A stretch of 64,000 nt of DNA. Source: Kudoa neothunni. Lineage: Eukaryota; Animalia; Cnidaria. The notes beneath the pieces are model-generated. The model saw only the letters and a program-made list of their open reading frames with translations, was not told where the DNA came from and ran no database searches. This document shows positions 1 through 13,461 of the stretch, one piece after another (within the stretch, counting starts at the first letter, position 1; each line of letters opens with the position of its first letter). The position numbers and the translations under genes are program-made. The stretch lies in contig OZ199839.1 of assembly GCA_964304625.1 (NCBI GenBank), forward strand, positions 1,314,221 to 1,378,220, in the 5' to 3' direction.

Positions 1-1
1 C

Positions 2-208
2 AGAAAATATGGGTTTCCTGCAACCGATGAATGCAATATTTCATTAGATATTAATTTAAGAAATAAAGAATTCTCAATTGGAAATTCTAAGATTATTCAA
101 GAGGACGTCGTTATGCCTACATCAAAACACTTTGACGAGCTTGCTCCTTTGATTGTTGAATCTGCGGATTCTGAAACTGAAGATTTAGGAGTGGCAGAAT
201 TTATATAA
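2..208 (+). other. 3' end of an unidentified reading frame entering from outside the window, possibly a transposase C-terminus
   Basis: Frame 2 is open for 68 codons (RKYGFPATDECNISLD...ESADSETEDLGVAEFI*). A possible element end (...GGTTACCTACC, ~520) follows and abuts a truncated piggyBac-like repeat. Confidence 0.3.
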
Positions 209-520
209 AAAAAATATGTATTTAAATTTTTAAACAAGCAGAATAAATATACGACAGAGAGGGATTGATTATCTAGACGAAATAATGAGTTAAGATGATA
301 AAATTACGACATACGCCTTTAAAAATATAAATAAAAATAACATTAAATAATATATTATTTCATTAAAAGGAGATGAACGTATAAATGGAATTAATTTCTT
401 TAAAATAAGTATATTTTTTTATATTTGCGCGCGCAGCAAGTTACGGAAAATACTTCACTGAAGCATTTTCAGCAACTTCCCCATGGTCTCAAGAGGATTA
501 CGGAAAATCGGTTACCTACC

Positions 521-849
521 GTACTACTAAATGCGCTCGTGTCTTGCAAAAATCTTAGGATAATCTCCAAACATGCCGGTTTCTTTCAGTAGAAAATAAA
601 ATCAAAACTTAGTCATACTCTTATTTCTTTTATTTATTTAAAAATTAATTTTAGTTAAAGTTAAGTAAATAATAAATGTAAGAGATTCAAAGGCCTTTAA
701 ACACTGAATATTATTGGTTCGGTTTCGAAAAGGTAGTCTATTATTTTATATCCTTACGGAAAAATTTTAGCGAAAATAAAAGGTAAGAATATAAATTTCG
801 ATAAATAAAATATTTGGGGTTCTTAAATACCCCGTCCGTCTCGTAAGGG
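521..849. mobile_element. Right-hand part of a non-autonomous piggyBac-like repeat (family R)
   Basis: Clearly similar to 11218-11556 and 33560-33717/36040-36127. Ends GTCCGTCTCGTAAGGG followed by ATAA (degenerate TTAA). Confidence 0.65.
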
Positions 850-931
850 ATAAAATAATTTTATCCTTTTTTCATATTTTATAAGCTTGTGTAATTTTTA
901 GTTAAAATCCCCGATTAAAGCTTTAAATTAA

Positions 932-3900
932 GGAAGGGTCTATTGGCCCGGCAGATCAGTTTTACGATTTTGTATTATTAAAAATAAGTAAAATTAGGTT
1001 TTTCATTTCCCAATTGTTAAATTACAAAGTTTACAAACATATTTTTGATATTCGAGTCGCTCCAATTAGGAATTGTTACCTGCACGGCGTGATTATCGTT
1101 TTCAAATATTATATATTTAACTTATATTTTTTCGCCGAAATTTGAGAATAAATTGATCTAGTGATCGCATCTAAATTAAACAGTGACGTTGAATTTTATG
1201 AACCTTGTGTTTCGTATAGCGTGGTTATTCGTACGCAATGAACAGCAACGAAAGTGGTGGAAGCAACCATGATGTTAACACTAACGAGAATAATTTTTTT
1301 AAAGTTGAAAATTGAACAGTTGGAATTACTCGATAAATATACGATGTCCATATTAGATTGCAAAACCATTGAGAGTGGCCAAAAACGATGTGATCGAGTG
1401 TTAAATCCATTATTAAAATATTATCAATTAAAATATTGTTGTATTCATGGCGGAAAAAAGGTAAATCGTTTTATTTTGTTAAATACATTTTATTTAAGGT
1501 TGATTATTGTTTTGTCTTTAGGAATATTTTTATTTATTTGATAAGTTATTTATTGGTTTCATTACTTTAGAGAAAGCGATCAACTGGTCAACGAAATACG
1601 AACTCTTATTATAAGGGATGCCCAGTGTTTTTAAGATTTCTAATAGACACCGATGGGAAAAAACTTGTGTTAAAATCTCGTAATTTATCACACAACCACG
1701 ATTCTCTTAGTTTACCCTCAAAATTTTCGTCAAAGGCAAAAAAACTTAATGATGAGGAGATTATATATATCACCCAACTTGTTGAAGTCGACGGTAATTC
1801 AAAGGCTATCCAAGAAAAAATTTTCAGGGAGAAGGGAAAGTAAGTTTCACTGAAAATGGTAAGAAACATTAAATATTCAATTAAATCCCATTCAACCACA
1901 CTTGATTGTTTGTTAACTCTAAAAAATAATCCTAATGTATTTATTGAAGTGTTAGAAGGTGAAAATAATTTTAAGGGCCTGTTTTATCAAGATTTGGACA
2001 TGAAAAAATGCCTGAAAGCTTACCCCGAAATAATATTTATTGACGCCACATATAAATTATTAGACTGTAGGGCTCCAGTTTATTTTCTTGTGGTAATGGA
2101 TGGAAGAGGAATGAGCGAGATTGTGGCAACAGGAATCCTCACTGAAGAAACTGAGGAAATATTATCGTGGTTTATTAAAACAATTAAAAAGCATAACCCA
2201 GTGATAGAAAATGAGACTAAAATTTTTATGACAAAGACATGGTAGAACGAAAAGTTTTAAAAAATATTTTTCCAAATGTTAACATTCAATTATGTCTTTA
2301 TCATGTCTTAAAAGCATTTAATCGTGAAATCAAGGTCGAGAAAATGAACATCAATTCTAAGGAAAAAGAAATTTCACTCCTTTACCTACAAAAAATCTCA
2401 TACGCCAAAAAAAATGATGAGTATAATTCTATAAAAAAAACAATTTAAGGATAATGTAGGAGAAAACGTTTATCATTATTTTAAAAATAATTGGCATACC
2501 ATCAAGGATGAATGGGTTATTGGTTTACGGAGATACGATGGAATGTTCTTAAATTTTACCAATAATAGAATTGAAAGTGTCAATTCCAAGGTAAAGCAAG
2601 TGATTCCATTGTTTTCCTCTTTTGAATAATTTTTCAAGAAGTTTCTGGTTTACATAAATACTTCAAGAATGGAGAATGATAATAAGGCTGTACAAGAAAT
2701 TTTAGACTCCTCAAAAATTCATTGATCCTGATATAATCGAGTATTTTAATTATTTAACAAAATACCCATTTCAAATGGTTTCAAATGAATATTCTAAAGT
2801 TCTATCGCCAGAAAACATCGGTGACAAAATTTTTCCAGATAGTTTTAATATGCCTTCCAATGATAAATGTAGCTGTCACGTATTTACATATCGGAAAAAG
2901 TGTAATCTTCCACTTTTTGATAAATCTTTGTGCTCCAAGAGATGGACAAAAAAATTACTTTATTGAAAATTCCAGATTGCAAGAAAATGTTTGCGAAAAG
3001 AATGATGTCGACTTTGGGAGCGATTCTATTACTTTCAGTTCTTTATCCAAGAATGTTCAATATTCAGAACAGAAAAAATTTAATGAAGCTTCTAGGTTAA
3101 TGAAAACCGTCGCTGCTAGAATATCAGAAAAAACAGGCCCTGAATACAATTATTGGATAGATATGCTGAAACAGTTTGTGGAATGCGTTGAAAATAATGA
3201 AAAAATTGCGATAACAAGATTTAACGATAATGACTCTACACGTGAGGTCTCAACAGCCTCAAGCAAAAACATCACTGTGTCTAAAAGTATTCATTTATAT
3301 AATATAATGTAATATTAATTCTGACCTTTATAGATTCAGAATTACATCATTGCCCTATAAACGAAAGTCAACAAGAGTAAAACGGAATCCCTGTTTAAAT
3401 ATTTATTCTAATTATAGAGAGAAATCCAATAATGGTGAAAAATCATTTGAGATATCTGATGAAGATAATAAAATTTCAAGTAATATAAAAATTAATTATA
3501 TTTTTGATTCAAAATGTAGAATTAATTTTGCCTTCAAAAATTAAATATAAGGGCCGCCCTAAAGGTTCGTCGACGACTGTAATTGGTATAAAAAGATCTA
3601 AAGTCCACATGAGTTCGTTCATGAATTTAACTGAAAAGCAACAAATTTTGAGTATATTATAAATTATAAATTTTTTAAATAATAAATAGCTATGCTGAGT
3701 TGGTTCGTTGATAAAAAAATTGCGAGAAGAGCTATGGTTAATAAAGAAAAAATTGATGAAAAGGATGTCGAGGTTTTTTCCGATAACGTAAGTGACGCGA
3801 TTCTTGACCAAAGGGTTAAAATTGATAAAATATTTCCTTATTTTACTGACGACGCCATTTATAATATTAAAACGATTATAAAAAACAAACAAACCGTTGG

Positions 3901-5024
3901 CTATATGTGCAGTATCTGTAAAAACACGATTGGGAACATGGAATCATCTATAGGTTGTGATACATGCTTAGAATGGAGTCATTTCAAATGTCAAATATCA
4001 GTATTGGTCCATATTCTAAATATTGGTGTTGCATCGAATGTAAAAAGTTATTCAAGAACAAATGAAAGTACAAAGGTTGCAAACTTGAAAAAAATGTCTC
4101 CAACAAAAGAGTAGTTTTATTCGAATTATCTTCAAAATTATCACGATTTTTCCAGATACAAATTTTTTTATTGCAAATACGAATAGTGCCAAACTATATT
4201 ATCTTTTTAATATTTTTAATTACGCGAATAATCGAATAAATACCATTTCTTTTGTAAACAACATTGGCTATTATAGGGTCGATTTGTTTAAAGCTTCGTT
4301 TTTAAAATTAAATTCTATAGTCTTAATCGGTTTCTATAATGATCTCGTATATAATCAACATTAAATAAACTTCATGTTTAAGAATATACCAATATAATTA
4401 ATATTTTTTCGAACCCGGATGGAGATATTTACTTACTCATTCGAAATAGCGTCGAAATTTTAATTTATTTACAATGCAAGCATAATTTGAATAATATTTC
4501 GAGATAAATTTTGTCAAATTGCTTTACCGCTTGACTAAATGAACTTTTGTTCGTTATGCACAATGCAAATTAACTTATTGGTACAAATCAATCTCTCGAA
4601 ATTGAATATCAATAAATTATCAAACTGATATAAATAATTATTAATTATTGCTCTAAATAGAATCAAATATATCTCAAAATTATTATTTTTAGATGCATTT
4701 TAAGGATAAATATAACGCATAATTAAGTCATTGGAATATATTAATATGATGTAAATATTTCTATAGAAAACTTAAGCCTTATTAATCCAATAATTCATAA
4801 ACGTTCTAGTTTATGTAAGATTGGCATTTTTCACAAGCCAAAAAATGAAGATCTCGATTCTATCCGTGTCTAAATAGGTATCTGAGTAATCTCGTTAATT
4901 AAACTTAATTGATAGATATACTTGTCGTTAAAATGTTATTTAAATATTAAATGTAATTTTATATCCACTCAAAGTAAATTTAAATAGCATGCGATGCTGA
5001 TCTGCCGGGCCAATAGACACTTCC
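932..5024 (+). mobile_element. Mutator-like (MULE) DNA transposon, full-length but degenerate
   Basis: 28-bp TIRs GGAAGGGTCTATTGGCCCGGCAGATCAG (932-959) and 4997-5024, one mismatch. 9-bp TSD TTAAATTAA (923-931, 5025-5033). Empty site in the paralogous flank at 11630-11638. Confidence 0.93.
1254..4114 (+). pseudogene. MULE transposase pseudogene: ZSWIM3-like N-terminus, MULE DDE core, SWIM remnant, GRP AT-hook-like motif, C-terminal PHD-type finger
   Basis: CCIHGG / intron 1461-1570 / YKGCPV; IFIDATYKL; QLCLYH; TNNRIESVNSK; CSC; KGRPKG; CSIC..SIGCDTCLEWSHFKC. Several stops and frameshifts. Confidence 0.85.
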
Positions 5025-5340
5025 TTAAATTAATACAAATTTTATTCACTATTTATTACTCTATATTTTTGCAATGTTTAATAATAAAACGAAATTTTAA
5101 TTAATAAACGACGTTACACCAACTCAAGTATAAATACTAGAATTTTATGTCAAACCTCAAATGTAGTAATTGTGTATTTAATTTTATTTGACCTCTCTAA
5201 ATATCAATTGTTATAAAATTCTTGGTATGAAGAATAAATAATGCAACGCCTTGTCAAATCATACGAAAATAGAAATATTTTGAGAATTTCACTATAAATA
5301 TATTTTGTAATTTTTTAAATTATTTAAGATTTTTCATTAA

Positions 5341-6846
5341 CTATGTGTCAAGTATGAAATACACTACATCATCCAACAATTTCAGAAAAGGATTCGCTGA
5401 TTGTGGTCGTTCACTTGTAGTTTTTGTTCGAACATCTGCAGTTGGCATTAATGGAACTGCATCTGCAGTTTCAGTTGTTAAAGGTGTTTCGCAAATAGCT
5501 CTACAGGCTACGTTAGATTTAAAATTATTCAAGTTCATCTCTTTTCCGTTGAATTTAAATGTTTGGCAACTTTTAACACCACCGTTGGTTGCTCCGTAGT
5601 AATATCTCTCTAATTCGTATTTATCATTCCCAGTCGTCACGCCAACTTTATCCTGTTTACAAACTTCGACAGCATTGATATCACCAAGATGGGCAGCTAA
5701 TTTATAATTAAGGAAAACAAAAATAAGTAATACGATTATTGTGAATTACTCGCTGGACAGAAGCTTGCACAGAGCTCTACCGAACTAAAAATATTATTTG
5801 AACCATCATCAATTTTGAAGGAGGTTTCAGGAGCTTGAGAAAGAAAAGGGAGACAAGCTTTTCTGTCTTTATGGAAATAGAAGTACTCTTTTAAATTATT
5901 AGAGCTTTCTTCAGTTGTAATTTTTGCTTGAGGTTGAACTTGATATGGGCCAGTTGCATTACAGGCAGCAACTAGCTTAGCTATTTTTTGGTTAGCAAAT
6001 ATTTATCACACAATTGAATACTTATGCAGGTTTCTACACATTTAGGTAACTCCTCAAAATATCCCCTTAGTGCAGTTTCACCAACAGCGGCATAAACACA
6101 TCTTTTTTTATCTTTATGTAAAACAACACCCATTTTCGGACTCGCGGTGTCCACTTCAGCTGCGAAGCCGCAGTCAAATATATTAGGAGTCGGTGTTAAT
6201 GGGCTATTTTCATCAGTACTAGGGATACCACCATTTTTCTTATCTAATTTAAATTTTCCCATAAAAATGAGTTTAAAATTTAAAAAATTAGCGTTACTTT
6301 GACAAGCATTTTTACATTCAACTTCGGAATCGAAATTATTTGCATTTCCACCACATCCACTGTATTTGAATTCATGGCACGAGTTCACAGCGGCGCCACC
6401 ATTGACAGTCTCCTTTGAAAAATACCACCTTGTTTGTCTTTTCTCCTCTGGTACTTCACAGGTGCCTACTGATTTAGTTTCCCCACACGCGTTGGACTTC
6501 TCCTCAGGTGTAAATGTAACTATTTCAAATGTTATTAAAATACGGGATTATTGCGGTATACGGTGGTATTGACAAACCGCTTTTGACACAAAGTTATTAA
6601 AGTTTCCAAGAGAACCTTTATATTTGAATGACTTGCATGTAGCAGTAGCTTTGTCGACATACCATCTATCAACTACAGCTTTTTTTTGTTCATCTGCGCT
6701 CATCCAAGAAGGAGGTTCCCCCTCATCTAACCTGTAATCGGTTAAAGCCTTTTCTAAAATAACATTATAACAAAAATAGATTAACTTGATATACCAGTTG
6801 ATACAATTTCTAATAATAATAATAATAGAAATGGAAAAGTCAACAT
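5341..6846 (-). CDS. Secreted five-module Kunitz/BPTI-like protein, copy 1 (six exons)
   Basis: Signal exon MLTFPFLLLLLLEIVST (ATG 6846; intron 6754-6794), then five phase-1 exons. Module 2 is canonical: CGETKSVGTCEVP...RWYF...SCHEFKYSGCGGNANNFDSEVECKNAC. Frame is intact after splicing. The exact C-terminus is uncertain (a terminal micro-intron is possible). Confidence 0.85.
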
Positions 6847-8412
6847 TCACTTCTTTATTAAAGTAGACTATTAGGTACCGTATTTGAGCGAGATGTAAAT
6901 TACATTTATTATACGGATGAATCAAACATCAATTGATTCATTATTTAATGCAGGATAACTTAAAATTTAATAAATATTAAATATTTTGCATTAGTTGTAA
7001 TAATTTTCATTATAACATATATTAACCACACAACATAAATGACTTAAATTTAATTTCAAATTTTGATATTTATAAAATCATATACAATGACCGAAGATTT
7101 ATAATCTAGTTAATTTAGAACGAAGAACATTTATCTATTGTTCAAATTAATTAAAAATGTTTATCTTCAGAGATTATTACGATCAATTCATTTTACATAG
7201 GATTAACGGCACTCAATAATGAGAAAATGATTTAGATTCAACTAATATTTTTAATTTAAATAGGAAATTTAATAATTGTGCAGGATTAAATTTTAAAATT
7301 TATAGCAAATAAAATTAAGAATAATAATTTTTCAAAATATGTTTTAAATTTTATTTTATATATATTTTATTAGCCCTTTGGGTCCCAGCGTATACTTAAA
7401 TATATACGATCAAATGTGGAATTCCCTAGACGCTCTCGTTTGACTATTCCATCTACAATAATTTCTGAACATTTTATTTAATTTATTTTTTCAAAAACGA
7501 TGTTACGTTATTACAGTAAACTTAAATCGGAAGATATTAATACAATTATTAAAATTGCATTGTTTTGAAAATAGGATAATTATCCATGCGTTTGTTCCAA
7601 ATTATAACACGCAGATACGTAAAAATATTTTTTTATAATAACAAAAATATTTTTTGGGTTGATTAAAACAAAGCGTAAGCTTTTAACGAGATGCACATAC
7701 AAATATGTTGTACTATTATTTATAAATAGGGCTCACACGTAACAGATTTGACCACACCTTAATCGTAACGTCGTTCAATTTAAAAACTAAAATCTAGTTC
7801 TATGCAAGAAGCATTATTGTTTTACAAAATAATCATTTTTATGATTTAGACACAATCTCCGAACATGATAGTATCATTGTATTATACAAAAACAACGAGC
7901 TGGAGTCGCGGGAAAATATTCCAACCAGCAAATATGAACATTTTGAGGAGATAATAAAATTAAAACTTTTCGATAGAATATTTATAGAGCTTTTTAAACG
8001 ATTCATTGTTTGGCTTGATTTTCCGAGAAACCAAACCATGATCCGATCAGTGTGACTATTTTCTTCAGAACATAGGTAGTAGAGATGAAAATATACATAG
8101 GTACTGTTATTTTAATGAGTATCGTTCGAAGGCTGAGAATTCCATTCTACTGGCAAACAAATAAAAATTGTCTCCTATTTCAAATTTTGTCTAAAAGTCG
8201 ATGATTTGAACATTTACCAAATATATTCATTTCCATTACAAAACCAAAATAAAAACCAGCCAACATTGGAAAACTTTGATAGTTTTGCAAAATAAGCCTT
8301 ATTTTATCACTTATTATTTTTCATTTCATGGAATTTTACCGAATAGTAAGCATTTAGTAGGTCAAAAAATTATCTTTTTTTAAGGGGAAATTAACGTAAG
8401 GCAAAACATATC
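6071..8412. repeat. Near-perfect segmental duplication, copy A (partner 12686-15026)
   Basis: ORFs recur at an offset of 6615. By eye only about three differences (near 7328, 8185 and 8241). Confidence 0.95.
6887..6945 (-). promoter_or_regulatory. Conserved upstream block of the Kunitz genes
   Basis: GCGAGAT..AATTAC..CATCAATYGATTCAT is shared with 22901-22962 of the diverged copy 3, while sequence further upstream does not align. Confidence 0.4.
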
Positions 8413-8870
8413 CAATTGCCGATTAACTGTGGGTTGGAAATGTTTATAAAGAGGGGGATGTACGATTTTATTTGATTTACTATTCATACGATAGTAAGTT
8501 TAATTAATAAAACTGGTACGAATTCGGAAGACTGCCCTTAAACTATGTAAATACACTTCCAATTGCCAAAAAATAGTTTTTATATCTTGATAACTGGTTA
8601 AAAAATATATCCACGCAGATAGTTTGTTCAAAAATTCTTTTTTGCAAACGCAATCAGATCAGATCGGGAGAAAAACTAACTTTGTAATTTGAAAATTCGC
8701 GGAAGGGGATAGGTTGTGGTACTTTCGAATGTGTCAAATAAATAAAATATAGAATTTTCTTAATTTAATGGATTTGGGATATGTGGTTAACTTAATCATC
8801 TTCGACTTATTTGACGTTTGAGGCTACTAGATCAATAAAACGATTTGAGCGTACAAAAGAGAGCTTAATA
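7374..8870 (+). mobile_element. piggyBac (PGBD3-like) transposon remnant
   Basis: Starts TTAG|CCCTT. Decayed motifs IYIGTVILMSIV..IPFYW, FKGK and LDNW. Confidence 0.55.
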
Positions 8871-8878
8871 TTCTATAC

Positions 8879-8930
8879 CAGTATTTCCCAACCTGGGGTT
8901 CAAGGACCCCTAAAGGGTACGTGAGAAGAT
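8879..8930 (+). mobile_element. Isolated hAT (Charlie/Buster-type) terminus
   Basis: CAGTATTTCCCAACCTGGGG resembles hAT-Charlie TIRs; the partner end was not found. Confidence 0.35.
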
Positions 8931-9489
8931 TTTTACTCTTAGAAACTTGGTCTTTAGTGAATTTCTGGTTTTAATAAATTACGACTTTAAAAACTACTCT
9001 GGGACAATAGTGTCAAATATAAATTTCCGTGGTAAATACTCTTGAAGATTCATATTCGATTAGCTTAACTAGTCGGAGGTCAGTGAACGAAACATGTTGG
9101 AAAATATTGTTCTGTACCCCTCTGCGGTAACCGAATACAACGAGAACAGTGGCGGAGTAGATGTTCCGAATATACCAAACCCAACGTGTGAAAAATTTGG
9201 TATGGGAATATTTATCTGGCCATAAATATTTCTCTCTGGTAGTCATAGTTATTTCACAGAAAAAAATTGTAGAATGACGAAGGTTGAAAGCAATGACACT
9301 ATTTATCTACCAGGTTTTACATCAAAAACAGGATTTTATAACTCGTGACAGGAAATAGATAATAGAGTATCCGGCTCCAGTTTTTTTGCAAATTGTAACA
9401 ATCAGAAAACCAAGACAGCAATTTAATCTTTCCCTCGGCTATTCTCTATTAATCGACTAATAATCTATATTATGGGACAATCTATTTAA

Positions 9490-11556
9490 CTCTCAAAAAA
9501 CTTACGCGTGTGCCGAGGGGAAACCTAAGGTACCCCAGAGGTTTTTCAACTTAGTTCGCTCGCAGGGATAAAAAATTTGATGATGTCTCTTTCCACAACA
9601 CTGGTACATGCACGATGATTATAGGATTAATTTTATTCCCATTAGTTTTGTATGTTATTAAGCGAATAATTAAATTTAAACAATAATATTATCTGTTTAT
9701 ATTTTATTTTACCGCATAAACAACGTAAAAGACCAATTCTAGCGTTTAAACCAAATGTTGCAACATAAAATGTATTTAATATTATATGAGATTTTTAAAA
9801 TAAGTTATTGATTACAAATAATTTTTCAATTTATTATTAATATTTATTTGTGGTAGAAAAACACTTTAGATGGCGGTTTCACTATTAGGGAAAATAAGTT
9901 ATCGATGATTCCTGACAAGATGACCGAGGATGTAATGAGCACATTTTTATGTTTATTCTCCTTTCAACATAAAATTTTTGTAAATACTCGTAACTCTGAT
10001 AAGCTCATAATAATATTGACAACGAAGTTCAACATTTTTTTTAGTTTAAGTTTAATTATGCCATGGTTATCAAAAATGTGGACACAATGTTTTGCGACCG
10101 TTCTTTATTTTGCACCAACTACCGCGCAACCACCTACTAAAATTTTGAAACCGTCTGAGGTCAGTATAGAAACACTTATGATCCTTATATGGGTTATAAA
10201 CGATAATTCAGCCGACTGAAAATATAATGTTGCATCTGAATATGGCGAATATAATAATGAACGGCGATATATCAACTGACCCGAACGCATACATCAAAGA
10301 AGATAATGAATCGAACTGTAATGAATTCAATCAAACTCATAACGAAACAAAAATTTATGAAAATAATAACTACGAAAAAAAGAGGTGACAGATAGATTAT
10401 TGCATACATTAACTAACTTAGTGAAAACGATTGTGGCAAATGATTTAGTGAGCTTAACTCCTCGTTGCCGCAGGATGAATAAACTTATACCTACTAATAT
10501 GAAAATTCCACTATTAACAATTAATTCAAACCTAATTATATTATGAAGGAGGTAAATACTATAGGTATATCCATACCCACGGCAGTGAATGATTATTTTG
10601 AATATGATAAAAAAAATTGATATCTATGAAGCATGTTTGGAAAAATATAATCATTTTGTCTGATAAATTTTTGTGGGTTATTCGTCTTAAAACATAAAAT
10701 TAATAGAAATAAAATTAATTCAATAATCATCGCGCACGCATCATTGTTGTGGAAAGAGATACGATAAAAAAAATTTGTTTTATGTGATTATTACTTAGTT
10801 TAAAATGAAAGTAACCTCCCAAAACGTAGAGATATTTAATCAGCTAGGAAAAAATACGGGCAATTCATTGGCATCACATTTAAGAAAAAGGCGAGAATAA
10901 ACAAGCAATCTCACAAAAATATAGGTTATATTTGCATAGGGTTATTGACTAATTATTTGAAAAGTCAATGTTGATTTTCAAGTGAATTTGTCGTCCGAAG
11001 GGAACAAATGACAAAACCGCCACAACAGAGACATCCGAATGTTTTAGTCAATCTCATTATGCGATCGTGGTATTAAATCGTAGGAATATTTCCTTCCCTT
11101 CGAACGACTACCTTTTCCGTGATAATTTTTATTAAATAGTAAAATTCACGGCTGATGTAAAAAAACAAATATGGAACAAAATTAAATATTAATCGACCTA
11201 TACTTTTAACATTAATATACTACTAAGAGGGCTCGTGTCTTGCAATAATCTCAGGATAATCTCCAAACATGTCGGTTTCTTCCAGCAGAAAATAAAATCA
11301 ATATTTAGTCATACTCTTGTTCCTTTTATTCATTTAAAAATTAATTTATAATGATAAATTTTTAGTTAAAGTTAAATAAACGTAAGAGATTCAAAGGCCT
11401 TTAATAACTAAATACTATTAGTTTGATTTCAAAAAAGGTAGTCTATTATCTTATATCCTTACGAAAAAATTTTAGAGAAAATAAAAAGTAAGAATATAAA
11501 TTTCGATAAATAAAATAATTGGGGTTCCTAAAATACCCTGTCCGTCCCGTAAGGGG
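9490..11556. mobile_element. Non-autonomous piggyBac-like element, family R, with a nested insertion
   Basis: TTAA at 9486-9489 and 11557-11560. The right end GTCCGTCCCGTAAGGGG is an imperfect inverted repeat of the left end of the 33014 copy (CCCTCGGAAGACGGAC). The body is colinear with 33014-33717. Confidence 0.75.
9579..10766. mobile_element. Long-TIR non-autonomous element, probably Mutator-type, nested in family R
   Basis: ~100-bp imperfect inverted repeats (TCTCTTTCCACAACA...CACGATGATT vs AATCATCGCGCAC...TGTTGTGGAAAGAGA), flanked by AAAAATTT direct repeats. Absent from the 33014 copy. Confidence 0.65.
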
Positions 11557-11938
11557 TTAAAATAGTTCTATTCCTTTTTCATATTTTCTAAGCTTCTGTA
11601 ATTTTTAGTTAAAATCCATGATTAAAGCTTTAAATTAATCCAAAGTTTATTCACTATTTATTATTCTAAATTTGTTTAATGTTTAATAATAAAACGAAAT
11701 TTTAATAAATAAACTGTTACACGAACACAAGTATAAATATTAGAATTTTATGTCAAACCTTAAATGTAGTAGCTGTGTATTTAATTTTATTTGACCTCTC
11801 TAAATATCAATTGTTATAAACTTCTTGGTATGGAGAATAAACAATGCAACGCCTTGTCAAATCATACTAAAATAAAAATATTTTGAAAATTTCACTATAA
11901 ATATATTTTCTTATTTATTTTAGATTTTTCATTATCCT

Positions 11939-13461
11939 TTAGTTAAATATTAAACCATATACCTTCGAGACTAATTCCAGAAAAAGATCCGAAGATTGTG
12001 AATCGTTTCCAACTCCGGTCTCTCTCCCTTGAGATGTCTGTGATTGACTTACATCCCTATCCTGAGGAGGTTGGGCTACACTCGTAGTTTCAGCTGTTAA
12101 AGGGTCTTTACAAATAGCATTGCAGGCTGCAGGAGTTTTGAAGTTATTCAAATTCATTATTTTACCGTTGAAATTAAAGGGTTGGCAACTTTTAGCGTTA
12201 GTGCCGGTTGCTACGTAATAATGCCGAGGTAATTCATACATATCATTCTCGGCAGACTCGCCTGCTTTTTCTTGTATACAGACTTCGACAGCATTGAGAT
12301 CACCAAGATGTGCAACTAAGTTTAATCAGGTTAGTAAAACATGACTGAGAAATATAATATTTTTCAATAACTTGCAGGACAAAAACTTGCACAGATTTCA
12401 GCTGAACTAAAAATATTATTTGAACCATCATCAATTTTGATGTTGACATCAGGAGTCTGAGAAACAAACGGAAGACAAGCTTTTTTTTCTTTATGAAAAT
12501 AAAAGTATTCTTTTATAGTATCACCATCTTGTGTAATTTTTTTAGTAGGCTGAACTTGATATGGGCCAGTTGCACTGCAAGCTGGGACTAATTCCGCTAT
12601 TTTTTGTTATTAAACATTTATCACTCAATGGAATACTTATGCAGGTTTCTACGCATTTAGGTAACTCATCAAAATATCCCCTTTTTGCAGTTTCACCAAC
12701 AGCGGCATAAACACATCTTTTTTTATCTTTATGTAAAACAACACCCATTTTCGGACTCGCGGTGTCCACTTCAGCTGCGAAGCCGCAGTCAAATATATTA
12801 GGAGTCGGTGTTAATGGGCTATTTTCATCAGTACTAGGGATACCACCATTTTTCTTATCTAATTTAAATTTTCCCATAAAAATGAGTTTAAAATTTAAAA
12901 AATTAGCGTTACTTTGACAAGCATTTTTACATTCAACTTCGGAATCGAAATTATTTGCATTTCCACCACATCCACTGTATTTGAATTCATGGCACGAGTT
13001 CACAGCGGCGCCACCATTGACAGTCTCCTTTGAAAAATACCACCTTGTTTGTCTTTTCTCCTCTGGTACTTCACAGGTGCCTACTGATTTAGTTTCCCCA
13101 CACGCGTTGGACTTCTCCTCAGGTGTAAATGTAACTATTTCAAATGTTATTAAAATACGGGATTATTGCGGTATACGGTGGTATTGACAAACCGCTTTTG
13201 ACACAAAGTTATTAAAGTTTCCAAGAGAACCTTTATATTTGAATGACTTGCATGTAGCAGTAGCTTTGTCGACATACCATCTATCAACTACAGCTTTTTT
13301 TTGTTCATCTGCGCTCATCCAAGAAGGAGGTTCCCCCTCATCTAACCTGTAATCGGTTAAAGCCTTTTCTAAAATAACATTATAACAAAAATAGATTAAC
13401 TTGATATACCAGTTGATACAATTTCTAATAATAATAATAATAGAAATGGAAAAGTCAACAT
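11939..13461 (-). CDS. Secreted five-module Kunitz/BPTI-like protein, copy 2
   Basis: ATG 13461. Exons 1-3 and most of exon 4 are identical to copy 1; modules 4-5 and the tail diverge. Frame is intact with GT-AG phase-1 introns. Confidence 0.85.

Noticed and set aside
6548-6925. 125-aa ORF (and its twin 13163-13540) as a standalone gene
   Set aside because: It is read-through of upstream DNA and intron 1 into exon 2; the true start is the signal exon in another frame.
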